64,000 nucleotides of DNA, taken from assembly GCA_044221725.1 (NCBI GenBank), contig JBGAON010000001.1, forward strand, positions 704,001-768,000, read 5' to 3'. The notes beneath the pieces were generated by a model. The model was not told the origin of the DNA and made no database searches. It saw nothing but the letters and a program-made list of their open reading frames with translations. Made by a program: the position numbers and the translations under genes. Each line of letters opens with the position of its first letter. Within the stretch, counting starts at the first letter, position 1. The stretch is from Elusimicrobiota bacterium (lineage in GTDB: Bacteria > Elusimicrobiota > Elusimicrobia > F11). This document shows, piece by piece, positions 46,954 through 56,438 of the stretch.

Positions 46954-48917
46954 AGTCGTCTTCGCTTTCCACCGTTTCCTGGTCGCATGTGCTCGCGGGT
47001 TTTGTGGGCGCGGGCTATTTGCACCTTGTGGGGAAAACCTCCGCGCTTTATCAATTTGATCATCCCCAGTTCCTTTCCTATCGCCGGGAAAAGAAGCCCG
47101 TCATTTACGCGTTCTGGCACAACGCACAAGTGTTTTTGGCGTACGCTCACCGCGATGAGAATGTGAATATCCTTGTGAGCAAGAGCAAAGACGGCGAATA
47201 CATTGCCCAAGTTATGAAGCGTTTGGGCCTGAACGCGGTGCGCGGTTCTTCGAGTCGCGGCGCCGAACAGGCGCTGCGCGAAATGTGCGACCGGGTTTCG
47301 GACGGGGAGCAAGTGGGGTTCACGCCCGACGGCCCCCGCGGGCCGGTGCAAACCGTTCAAGGTGGGGCCATCATGGCCGCCCAATTGTCGGGCGCACCCA
47401 TTGTGCCGGTGACCTACGTGTCACGTCGGCGTATTGTATTCAACAGTTGGGACAAGTTCGTGCTGCCGCTGCCGTTTTCGTCCATCGTGACGGCGCACGG
47501 CAAACCGCTTTTTATCGATAAGGACACGCCAATCGATCAAGCCAAAGAAAAAGTACGCACCGCGCTAAACGATGTGGTCGAGCAAGCCGAGCAGATTCTT
47601 GACCGGGCACCATCGTGGGGAACGCATTTGTTCGCGTGGACGCTCAAACAGCTTTATTCGATTCTTTCCGCGGTGCTACTGCCATTGGTCTTTCCGATGT
47701 TGGTGTTTCGTCATGGCGCGAAACGATCCCTGACGTTTATGCGAGAGCGTTTTCAGTTGAAAATCGATATTGATCCGGGGACGCGTGCCGTCTGGTTGCA
47801 TGCGGCGTCGGTTGGAGAATGGCAGGCTCTCAAGCCCGTTCTCAATCGGCTGAAATCCATGAACAAGTTGAAATTTGTGATCACGGTCAGCACGCCCGAA
47901 GCGCGCGTGATAGTCGCGCGTGAGGAGCCATCCGCTATTGTGCGGCTTGCGCCGGTGGATATCGGTTTTGTGGTAAATGCTTTTATCGAAAAGCTGCGGC
48001 CAGCGATTGTTGGAATTGTGGAAACAGAGTTATGGCCGAACATGTTGCTTCGGCTCCGAGAAAAAAATGTGGCGGTCGTTCTCATTAACGGGCGCCTCTC
48101 AAAAAGAAGTTTTCGTCACTGGAATGTTTTTCGGCCGTTCGCGGAATATCTTCTCGGTTCGTTCGCGTCTTTTTTTGCGCGTACCGATTTGGACGGGCGG
48201 CACTACGTGCAACTTGGAGCACCGTTGTCGCGCATGACGGTGAGCGGTAACACGAAAATGGATAATTTGACGGTGCGCATGCCGTCCGCCGACAGTGACC
48301 GAGAAAAACAGGCGGATAGGATCGCCCGGTTTGGCTCCGCGGATGGAATACTGCTGGTGGCCGCGAGCACGTGGGATGGAGAAGAAGAAGCCATCCTCGA
48401 AATGTTTAATGTGAAGGAGCGCCCCAATTTCCGCGTGATCATCGCTCCGCGACGCGCGAATCGGTTCGAAGCGGTACGCAAATTGCTCGAGAAGTATCCG
48501 ATCTCGTGGTCGTTGTGGAGCAACGTAAAAGAGACGAATCGATGGGACACCGATATTTTGCTTGTCGACACGTTGGGGGACTTGAAAGAATTGGTTCGCG
48601 CGGCCGATATTTGTTTTGTGGGCGGGAGTCTGATTCCGCACGGGGGGCAAAATCCTTTGGAAGCGGCCGCCGCAGGAATTCCCGTGCTGTTTGGTCCGTC
48701 GATGGAAAATTTTCACGAAGAGGCTGCTGAGCTTAAACGCCAAAACGCGGCACGGCAGCTGCGGAACACAGCGGATCTGCACGCGGACATTCGCGAGCTT
48801 GCCGCCGACGCCGGTCTCAGACAAACGATGGGTGCCGCGGGTGCCCGTTACGTGGCATCAAAGCAAGGAGCGTCCGAAATAACGGCGGCCGCCATCGCCG
48901 ACATTTTAAAAATATGA
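46893..48917 (+). CDS. waaA: Fusion of DUF374 acyltransferase-like domain and Kdo transferase
   Basis: N-part FWH, S.SKDGE, RGSS, TPDGPRGP, WD; C-part WLHAASVGE, ETELWPN, NGRLS, GGQNPLE. True start is probably near 46950. Confidence 0.88.
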   Translation: MVANLEEKTFHARREEKNRLKSSSLSTVSWSHVLAGFVGAGYLHLVGKTSALYQFDHPQFLSYRREKKPVIYAFWHNAQVFLAYAHRDENVNILVSKSKDGEYIAQVMKRLGLNAVRGSSSRGAEQALREMCDRVSDGEQVGFTPDGPRGPVQTVQGGAIMAAQLSGAPIVPVTYVSRRRIVFNSWDKFVLPLPFSSIVTAHGKPLFIDKDTPIDQAKEKVRTALNDVVEQAEQILDRAPSWGTHLFAWTLKQLYSILSAVLLPLVFPMLVFRHGAKRSLTFMRERFQLKIDIDPGTRAVWLHAASVGEWQALKPVLNRLKSMNKLKFVITVSTPEARVIVAREEPSAIVRLAPVDIGFVVNAFIEKLRPAIVGIVETELWPNMLLRLREKNVAVVLINGRLSKRSFRHWNVFRPFAEYLLGSFASFFARTDLDGRHYVQLGAPLSRMTVSGNTKMDNLTVRMPSADSDREKQADRIARFGSADGILLVAASTWDGEEEAILEMFNVKERPNFRVIIAPRRANRFEAVRKLLEKYPISWSLWSNVKETNRWDTDILLVDTLGDLKELVRAADICFVGGSLIPHGGQNPLEAAAAGIPVLFGPSMENFHEEAAELKRQNAARQLRNTADLHADIRELAADAGLRQTMGAAGARYVASKQGASEITAAAIADILKI

Positions 48918-49939
48918 AAATCCTGGTGATTCGTTTCTCAAGTCTCGGAGACGTCGTGCTTTCAACGGCGATCCTTCCGAATCTGCGCGCGCGCTGGCCG
49001 GAGGCGGAAATCTCGGTACTTACGAAGGTTGCGTTCGCGGCCGTGTTCGACAACAATCCGTTTGTTAATTACGTGCGCGTCTTCGATCCGGAGAAACAAA
49101 GTTTTTCGAGACTCGCTGCTGAAATCCGTGATGAACATTTTGACATCATTATTGATTTGCACGCGAATCCGCGTTCGTGGTTTGTTCGGCTTCTGGCCGG
49201 CGCGCCGCTCACGGTCACCGTGGAAAAAGCAACGCTCGCGCGCTACACGGCGCTTTATTTCAAGCGAACGCCTCGATCATTATCGCGGTCGGTGCGCGAA
49301 CGAATTCTCGATTGTCTAAAGCCGCTGGATGTTCCTGTTGTAAATACCGAAACGCAACTGTTTCCAAAGAACGCGAACGAAATATTGGCCACGCACGGGA
49401 TTGGCCCACACACAAAACTCATCGGCGTTGCCCCTGGCGCGAAACATCCAACGAAACGCTGGTCCGCCGAAAGGTTTGCGGATTCGGCAAACCGGTTGGG
49501 CGCTTTTCCGAACTCCATGGTCATCCTTCTTGGAGACAAGGCCGATCGGTCCGTGGCGGATCGTGTTTCGAGCCTCGTGAAAATTCCGTGCAAAAATTTG
49601 GCCGGTTGGACGAGTCTAAGCGAAATGATCGCGATCGTTTCGCGGATGTCTCTTCTGCTCACAAACGATTCGGGCATCATGCATATTGGCGAAGCGCTAA
49701 AGATCCCTCTCGTGGCAATTTTTGGTCCCACGATCCGTCAATTCGGCTTTGCGCCGTATCGAAAAACGTCGCGCGTGGCCGAGGTTGTAAACCTTAGCTG
49801 CCGTCCGTGCACGCTGCATGGTGACGAACGCTGCCCGCTCGGACACCATCGCTGCATGAAGGAAGTGGACGTGAATGCGGTTTTGTACGTGGCGTCGTCG
49901 CTGCTCGAAGATCAAGGGTTGCTCGGCGAGACACCATGA
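48914..49939 (+). CDS. GT9 heptosyltransferase
   Basis: IRFSSLGDVV, PGA...KRW, NDSG.MH, FGPT. Confidence 0.93.
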   Translation: MKILVIRFSSLGDVVLSTAILPNLRARWPEAEISVLTKVAFAAVFDNNPFVNYVRVFDPEKQSFSRLAAEIRDEHFDIIIDLHANPRSWFVRLLAGAPLTVTVEKATLARYTALYFKRTPRSLSRSVRERILDCLKPLDVPVVNTETQLFPKNANEILATHGIGPHTKLIGVAPGAKHPTKRWSAERFADSANRLGAFPNSMVILLGDKADRSVADRVSSLVKIPCKNLAGWTSLSEMIAIVSRMSLLLTNDSGIMHIGEALKIPLVAIFGPTIRQFGFAPYRKTSRVAEVVNLSCRPCTLHGDERCPLGHHRCMKEVDVNAVLYVASSLLEDQGLLGETP

Positions 49940-50973
49940 GAATTCTCCATCTGTTGGATGAGCGTTGGGATTCGGGCCTTACGGCGTACGCGTTACAAAT
50001 TGCAGCGTTGCTGCAAAAGTCGGGTCACGCCGTCGCTGTCGGCGTGTTGGCCGGAAGGAAGCCCGAGACGTTGGCAAAGTCGCTCGGGCTCGACACGCGT
50101 CCGGTCGACTCGCTTTTTGATCTTCGCAAACTAATTCGAAACGGTAGCTGGGACGCTATTAACGTGCACACGGGACGCATGCATTCGTGGGCGCTTGTAT
50201 TCAAACCGTCGCATGTGCCGGTTGTACGGACGCGTGGGGATGCGCGGCCCGTGAAAGCCAATTTGGTTTCGCGTTTTGTTTATCGGCGCACAGCGGCGGT
50301 GATTGCGGCGTCGGCGCATATCGCCGGGTATTACGAGGAAGATTTTGGTTTGTCCGAAAATAAGTTGCACGTGATCTATCCGTCGGTGGCCGTGCCAGAG
50401 AATTGGGAAGCGCCGCCGGCGGATCGGGTGGGAATTCTCGGTCGACTGGATCCGGTGAAGGGGCACGCCTATTTCCTCGAAGCGGTGGTTGATATTTTAA
50501 AAGAACGTCCGCAGACAAAATTTTTCATCGCAGGCAAGGAAGCCAATATTCGTTACGAATTGTTGGCGAACCAAATGCGCGAACTCGGGATTCAAGATGC
50601 GGTTTCGTACGTTGGTTTTCAGCCGTCCGCGCTACAATTCATGAAAAGTTGTTCGGTCGGCGTGATTGCGTCCATTGGCAGCGAAGAAATTTCACGCGCG
50701 TGCCTGGAGTGGATGGCCGCGGGCCGGCCGGTGGTGGGCACGCTCGTCGGTTGTTTGCCCGAACTGGTGGAACCAACCGAGACCGGATTCCTGGTTGCGC
50801 CGGGTGACGGGTTGGCCATGGGCGATGCGATCCTCAAACTTCTGCGCGACACGAACGTGGCCCATTCGTTCGGAAAAAATGCGCAGGCTCTCGCCCGGAA
50901 AAAATTTGGTACCGACGCTGAGTTGAAAAACACGCTTGCCGTGTACGAAAAAGTTGCGAATCGCTCACGTTGA
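49936..50973 (+). CDS. GT4 glycosyltransferase
   Basis: GRLDPVKG, E..SRACLE.MA.GRPVV. Confidence 0.9.
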   Translation: MRILHLLDERWDSGLTAYALQIAALLQKSGHAVAVGVLAGRKPETLAKSLGLDTRPVDSLFDLRKLIRNGSWDAINVHTGRMHSWALVFKPSHVPVVRTRGDARPVKANLVSRFVYRRTAAVIAASAHIAGYYEEDFGLSENKLHVIYPSVAVPENWEAPPADRVGILGRLDPVKGHAYFLEAVVDILKERPQTKFFIAGKEANIRYELLANQMRELGIQDAVSYVGFQPSALQFMKSCSVGVIASIGSEEISRACLEWMAAGRPVVGTLVGCLPELVEPTETGFLVAPGDGLAMGDAILKLLRDTNVAHSFGKNAQALARKKFGTDAELKNTLAVYEKVANRSR

Positions 50974-52036
50974 TACCGAGCGCACGTGGCGCGGAGGGGA
51001 ACAACAGGTCTTCTCGCTGATTCAAGGATTAAAGAAGCGTGGATACGATAATCTCATCGTTGCGCGCCGCGGTAGCGAACTCGCCCAGCGCGCAAAATCC
51101 TTGGCGCCCGTCATGGAAGTGCGGCCCGTCGGAGAATGGGATTTTGTGACAGCGCACTTCGTAAACCGGCGCTTCAAGAAAGAAAGAGTCGACATTGTTC
51201 ACGCGCACACGAGTCATGGTGCCGCTCTTGCTGCGTTGTCAACGCTGGGAACAAACATTCCCGTTGTGGTAACGCGGCGAGTTGATTTTCATTTATCGAG
51301 AAACGTTTTCTCGCGTTGGAAATACAACCGGGCGACCCGCATCGTGGCGATCTCACAAGGAGTCAAACGGATTCTTGTGGAAGACGGTGTTCCAAACGAG
51401 AAAATTTCGGTTGTGCCGAGCGGTGTCGATTTCAACCGCTACACATCGGTTCGCGCGCTTACGAAACAGGATTTGGGAATTCCGAGCGCTGCGCCGCTCG
51501 TTGGCCAAGTGGCCGCGCTCGCTCCGCACAAAGATCAACGAACCCTGCTCGCCGCCATCGCGCTCCTGCGAAAGGCCCTCCCGAACGTAAGGCTCGCGAT
51601 AGTCGGTGAAGGTCCGTGCCGTGCCGATCTTGAAAAGGAAATCATCCGGCTCGAACTTCAAAATACCGTTCAGCTTCTTGGCTTTCGCGAAAACCCACTG
51701 GACTTTATTCCAGCGTTCGATGTTTTTTGCCTTTCTTCCAATGAAGAGGGATTGGGAACCTCGCTTTTGGACGCAATGGCGCTGCGTGTTCCCGTGGTTG
51801 CAACCGCGGTTGGCGGAATTCCAGAGCTCATCGAACACGAAAAAACGGGTCTTTTGGCCCGTCCGGAAGACCCGGAAGCGCTGGCAGAGATGCTATCCCG
51901 CTGTCTTGCTGGGGGGGCCGACCGGCCCGTGATGGTGGCTCGGGCGGCCGAAAAGGCGAAAAATTTCGATATTTTAGGTACCGTTGTGCGCATGGACGAC
52001 ATTTATCAACAATTATCCACAGGGTTATCCACATAA
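50954..52036 (+). CDS. GT4 glycosyltransferase
   Basis: W.GGEQQ, EGLGTSLLDAMA; TTG start inferred. Confidence 0.9.
   Translation: MRIAHVDTERTWRGGEQQVFSLIQGLKKRGYDNLIVARRGSELAQRAKSLAPVMEVRPVGEWDFVTAHFVNRRFKKERVDIVHAHTSHGAALAALSTLGTNIPVVVTRRVDFHLSRNVFSRWKYNRATRIVAISQGVKRILVEDGVPNEKISVVPSGVDFNRYTSVRALTKQDLGIPSAAPLVGQVAALAPHKDQRTLLAAIALLRKALPNVRLAIVGEGPCRADLEKEIIRLELQNTVQLLGFRENPLDFIPAFDVFCLSSNEEGLGTSLLDAMALRVPVVATAVGGIPELIEHEKTGLLARPEDPEALAEMLSRCLAGGADRPVMVARAAEKAKNFDILGTVVRMDDIYQQLSTGLST
52003..52033 (+). promoter_or_regulatory. Three tandem DnaA boxes
   Basis: TTATCAACA (52003), TTATCCACA (52013), TTATCCACA (52025). Confidence 0.65.
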
Positions 52037-52044
52037 CTCACAAA

Positions 52045-52797
52045 ATGATCTCTCTTATCATCATTACTCGAAACGAAGAACATGACATCGAAGCGTGTCT
52101 CGATTCGGTATCGGGGCTGGTTAATGAGATCGTTCTGATCGATTCTGGATCCACCGATCGCACGCTTGAGCTCGCGCGGCGATTCACGGCCAACGTTTCT
52201 CACCGCGATTGGACCGGTTACAGCGCCCAGAAGCAATTTGCGCTCGACAAAGCCAAAGGCCCGTGGGTCTTGAATATCGATGCGGATGAACGCGTGTCAG
52301 AGAGCCTTAAGACCGAAATAAAAAATGTTTTGGATAAGGATGTCGCTCAAGCGGCGTTTCGTATTCCGTTTCATCATTACTTTTTAGGGAAACGATTGCG
52401 CTTCGGTGGTGTGGCCGGCGAAACGCACATTCGGCTGTTCAGGAAAGATTGCGCTGCCTACGGTACCGAGCCGGTGCATGAGGGGATAAAGATTCAAGGA
52501 TCGGTCGGCCAATTGACCCACCCGATCGAACACCAAAGCTATCGCGACCTGACCGAGTATCTTGAGAAGTGCAACACCTACACGTCGGCTATCGCCGAAC
52601 AGAAGTTTCGAAAAGGAAAGCGATTTCACTGGTGGCACCATTTGAGATTGCCGTACGAGTTCGCGGTCCGGTATTTTTTGAAACTCGGGTTTCTCGACGG
52701 CGGGGCTGGGTTGACCTACGCGGTGCTCTCCTCCTATTATGTGTGGCTGAAATTCATGAAATTGCGTGATCTGGAAAGCAAACAAGGAGTTCGATGA
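52045..52797 (+). CDS. GT2 glycosyltransferase (KdtX/WaaE-like)
   Basis: NEE, DSGSTD, IDADE, VHE, GFLDG. Confidence 0.92.
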   Translation: MISLIIITRNEEHDIEACLDSVSGLVNEIVLIDSGSTDRTLELARRFTANVSHRDWTGYSAQKQFALDKAKGPWVLNIDADERVSESLKTEIKNVLDKDVAQAAFRIPFHHYFLGKRLRFGGVAGETHIRLFRKDCAAYGTEPVHEGIKIQGSVGQLTHPIEHQSYRDLTEYLEKCNTYTSAIAEQKFRKGKRFHWWHHLRLPYEFAVRYFLKLGFLDGGAGLTYAVLSSYYVWLKFMKLRDLESKQGVR

Positions 52798-53606
52798 TGT
52801 GGCCTTTGATTGGCGGTGGTTTGGCGGCGTTGGCCGGTTTGAGCGCGCGCTGGAATTGGTGGCGCTTGAAGCGTGCCGGCATTCCGATTCTCATGTACCA
52901 CAAGATTGGGGATCCACCGGCCGATTCGAAACTGAAAAAGCTTTGGGTATCGACCGAAAAATTCCGACGACAGATGGCCTATCTCGCCGACGAAGGGTAT
53001 CACCCGATCACGTTTAAAGACATTTATGCTTTCTGGGACAAGAACGTTCCTCTGCCGGCCAACCCGGTGATTATTACGTTTGATGATGGTTACGCGAACA
53101 ATTATGAAAACGCATTTCCGGTTTTAAGGGATTTTGGGTTCCGCGCCACACTTTTTGTTGTTGTGCAAACGGTCGGATGGGACAACCGTTGGCACGATCC
53201 GAAGACCGAAACCCGCATACCGATGATTTCGTGGGCGCAATTGAAAGAACTTCAGAAAGCGGGATGGGAAATTGGATCCCACACCATGAACCATCCGAAC
53301 TTGCAACGTATTGAGCTGAAGGAAGTGTCCGCCGAAATGGAGAAGAGCCGGAAAATAATCGGCGAATTTTTGGATGAGGTTCCGCCCACGCTCGCTTATC
53401 CGTACGGATCGGGCGCCGATGTTCCGGCGATTCGCGACAAGGCCAAAGACGCCGGTTACCGTGTCGCGGTCAGCGTGCACCCCGGAAAATGGACAATCGA
53501 GCAATTTCAAAAATCACCGTTCGAATTGCCGCGTATTTTTGTTCGCGGTGAAGAATCGATGTTTGATTTTCATTTGCAAATGACGCGCGGTCAATCGCGG
53601 TTGTAA
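52794..53606 (+). CDS. Polysaccharide deacetylase (CE4)
   Basis: ILMYH, TFDDG, GSHT..H, AYPYG. Confidence 0.93.
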   Translation: MMWPLIGGGLAALAGLSARWNWWRLKRAGIPILMYHKIGDPPADSKLKKLWVSTEKFRRQMAYLADEGYHPITFKDIYAFWDKNVPLPANPVIITFDDGYANNYENAFPVLRDFGFRATLFVVVQTVGWDNRWHDPKTETRIPMISWAQLKELQKAGWEIGSHTMNHPNLQRIELKEVSAEMEKSRKIIGEFLDEVPPTLAYPYGSGADVPAIRDKAKDAGYRVAVSVHPGKWTIEQFQKSPFELPRIFVRGEESMFDFHLQMTRGQSRL

Positions 53607-53614
53607 CACTCGAC

Positions 53615-54577
53615 TTGTCTTTTCTTCGGCTGTTTCTCTTTCCCTTTTCGTTCCTCTATTTTTGGGGCCTCGTGCTCGACCGGTGGTGGACCTCGCGCCG
53701 CCGCGTGCGTTTGCCGGTGCCGGTCATCTCGATTGGCAATCTCACGCTCGGTGGAACCGGCAAAACGCCGGTTCTTATTTATATCGCGAACGCGCTGGTG
53801 GCCGAAGGAAAAAATGTAGCGATCCTTTCGCGCGGCTACGGTTCCGACGAAATTGCGCTCGTGAAACAAAAGTGTCCGGAGGCGGTAATTGGCGTGGGAG
53901 CAAACCGCGTGGCACGCGCGCGCGAGCTACTGACCGAACACCCTATCGACGTGTTCGTATTGGACGATGGCTTTCAGCATTGGGCGATCGCACGCGATCT
54001 CGATATCGTTTGTGTGGACGCCACGCGACCCTTAACCAAAGAAAAACTTTTCCCGGCGGGACGGTTGCGCGAACCGGCGTGCGGACTGCGTCGCGCTCGG
54101 ATTGGTTTGCTGACGCGTTCGGATCTTGTGCCCACCACGGACCGGCTCGAGCAGAAACGGTTTCTCGAAAGGAATCTCCCAAAAGGGTCGGTTGTTGAAT
54201 CGGTTTTTAAAAACGAATTGATGGGCGCCGCAACATTGGCTCCGATCGGCATCGATCGGCTGGGCAACAAGCGAATCGTGGCGGTCTCGGCGATTGGCAA
54301 TCCGCAAGCGTTCGAAGCGGGGCTTTCTGATATCGGTACGGTTGTCGCGTCCCTGCGATTTCGTGACCATCACGACTATTCACCATCGGATGCGAATCGA
54401 ATTCGCCGGGCGGCAAAAGAGGCGGACCATGTGATTGTGACCACCGAAAAAGACTGGGTAAAACTCAAGAAGTTCGATTGGACGGACGTGCCCGTGTATG
54501 TTCGCAAAATCGAACTCTCGATCGGCGAATCGGATCTCGCGACGTGGCAATCCGCCATCCACGCGGTTTTTAAGTGA
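53615..54577 (+). CDS. lpxK: Tetraacyldisaccharide 4'-kinase
   Basis: GNLTLGGTGKTP, SRGY, LDDGFQH, LRE, TTEKD. Confidence 0.95.
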   Translation: MSFLRLFLFPFSFLYFWGLVLDRWWTSRRRVRLPVPVISIGNLTLGGTGKTPVLIYIANALVAEGKNVAILSRGYGSDEIALVKQKCPEAVIGVGANRVARARELLTEHPIDVFVLDDGFQHWAIARDLDIVCVDATRPLTKEKLFPAGRLREPACGLRRARIGLLTRSDLVPTTDRLEQKRFLERNLPKGSVVESVFKNELMGAATLAPIGIDRLGNKRIVAVSAIGNPQAFEAGLSDIGTVVASLRFRDHHDYSPSDANRIRRAAKEADHVIVTTEKDWVKLKKFDWTDVPVYVRKIELSIGESDLATWQSAIHAVFK

Positions 54578-55446
54578 AAAAGTTCCGTTATTTTCTCGAG
54601 TTCGTGCCGGTTTGGATTCTCGACCAAATTCTCAATTTGTTGCCCGCCGCGTGGGCTTATGCGTTGGGGGAACAGCTTGGACTTTTGATGTCAAAAATTA
54701 TTGCGAAGCGGCACCGATTGATTCTTGAAAACCTGGCACACGCGTTTCCAGAAAAAACCGCCGTGGAGCGTGCGCGCATTGCTTGTGGCGTGTGGAAAAA
54801 CCTCGGGCGAACCGCCGTTGAATTCATTCGGTTGCCAAAGTTGCTGAAGTCGGTGTCTTCCACCGTGGAATGGGAGGGCGCCGAACACGTTGTGGAAGCG
54901 CTCGCAAAAGGGCACGGTGTGATTCTTTTGACCGCGCATTTTACGAACTGGGAATTTCTCGGCGTGCTTGTGAACAAACGGTTCGGCAACATAACATCGA
55001 TTGCACGCCCGATTAAGAATCCGTTCGTGGAAAATTGGGTCCAATCAAAACGCCGAACCAACGGCATGAAAATAATTTTGCACCGCAATGCCGTGAAGGC
55101 GTCACTGAAAGTGTTGCGCGCAAAAGAATCGCTCGGCGTGCTCGTGGATCAAAACTTGTACACGGGCGGTGTGTTCGTGAATTTTTTCGGACGCCCCGCC
55201 GCCACGACCACGCTGCCAGCGCTTTTGCAATCGCGCACGGACGCAACGATTATCATTGCGGTTTGTTTGCGTGAGAACAACACGTTTCGCGTGCTGTTTG
55301 AGCCGCCGTTGCCGGCGCTTAAATCAAGCGATGCCGAAGCGGTGAGCGCGCATACGCAATTGATCTCGACGCATCTCGAAAATATCATTCGCCGTTACCC
55401 TGAAAACTGGTTCTGGATTCACAACCGATGGAAACGAAAAATATAA
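54574..55446 (+). CDS. Lipid A late acyltransferase (LpxL/HtrB family)
   Basis: AHF.NWE, LVDQ, FFG, W.W.H.RWK. Confidence 0.93.
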   Translation: MKKFRYFLEFVPVWILDQILNLLPAAWAYALGEQLGLLMSKIIAKRHRLILENLAHAFPEKTAVERARIACGVWKNLGRTAVEFIRLPKLLKSVSSTVEWEGAEHVVEALAKGHGVILLTAHFTNWEFLGVLVNKRFGNITSIARPIKNPFVENWVQSKRRTNGMKIILHRNAVKASLKVLRAKESLGVLVDQNLYTGGVFVNFFGRPAATTTLPALLQSRTDATIIIAVCLRENNTFRVLFEPPLPALKSSDAEAVSAHTQLISTHLENIIRRYPENWFWIHNRWKRKI

Positions 55447-56438
55447 ATCGAATTCTCGTGGTGGTGCTCGATAATTTGGGTGACGCCGTCATGGCGACTT
55501 CCATGCTCAAACCGCTGAAGCGACGTTATCCGGGCGCGCAGATCGGTTTTTGGGTGAAAGATTACGCGGCCGGTTTGTTCTCGGACCAATCGATGATTGA
55601 CCTCGTGCACGCGGCGGATCCGTTTTGGGACCGGTCGCCCGGCGTGGCCAAGGGTTCGTTTTTTAAATTTGTTTCCGCGGTGAACGATATTCGCCGAACA
55701 AAATACGACCTGGCGTTTGTCCTCAACACCGAATGGCGGCGCAGCATTGCTTGCGTGGTGGCCGGTATTCCCAAGCGTGTCGGCTACGAGCGACGCGAGA
55801 GCAATTTGTTTTTGACCGACGCGATGCCCATGAGCAAAAAGCCACAGCACTTTGTCGATGACCATCGAGCTTTGCTCGAGCTTTGGGCCCACGAAAAAAT
55901 GCCGGCCGCCGATTTTGTGCCCCGGCTTGAAGTGACCGCCGAACAAAAGCGCGATGCGGAATCGTGGTTGGGCAGGACGGGTTGGTCGCCTTGGACATAC
56001 ACGGTGCTGCACTTGTTTTCTGGCGACGAACAGAAAAATTGGCCGCTCTCGTGTTGGGCGCAACTTGTCGACGATCGTGTTCGAGCCAACTCCTCCGAAC
56101 GGTTTGTGGTGCTGTGCGGTCCTTCCGAAGAAATAAAGATGGCGCCGTTTCGAAAGAACTTTGAGCGGAAGGAGGTTCGGTTCTTAATTGCACCATCGCT
56201 CTCCCAGTTAAAATCAATCCTGGGTTCCGCAAGTTTGTTTGTCGGCGGCGATTCGGGGCCCGGGCACGTGGCGGCCGCTCTCGGCGTGCCAACGATCTCC
56301 CTTTTCGGTGACACCAATCCCAACCGTTCGCGGCCGCTCGGCAACGGTTCGTTGCGTGTGTTGCAGCGCTCGCGGCTTCGCGCGTTGTCGGTTGACGATG
56401 TCTCGCGCACGATGAGTGAAATAGAGGCGCGTGTATAA
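55428..56438 (+). CDS. GT9 heptosyltransferase
   Basis: LDNLGD, GDSGPGHVAAA, LFG.T. Confidence 0.9.
   Translation: METKNINRILVVVLDNLGDAVMATSMLKPLKRRYPGAQIGFWVKDYAAGLFSDQSMIDLVHAADPFWDRSPGVAKGSFFKFVSAVNDIRRTKYDLAFVLNTEWRRSIACVVAGIPKRVGYERRESNLFLTDAMPMSKKPQHFVDDHRALLELWAHEKMPAADFVPRLEVTAEQKRDAESWLGRTGWSPWTYTVLHLFSGDEQKNWPLSCWAQLVDDRVRANSSERFVVLCGPSEEIKMAPFRKNFERKEVRFLIAPSLSQLKSILGSASLFVGGDSGPGHVAAALGVPTISLFGDTNPNRSRPLGNGSLRVLQRSRLRALSVDDVSRTMSEIEARV

Noticed and set aside
52003..52045. DnaA boxes as oriC
   Set aside because: Only an 8-bp intergenic gap, no unwinding element and no origin-associated genes.
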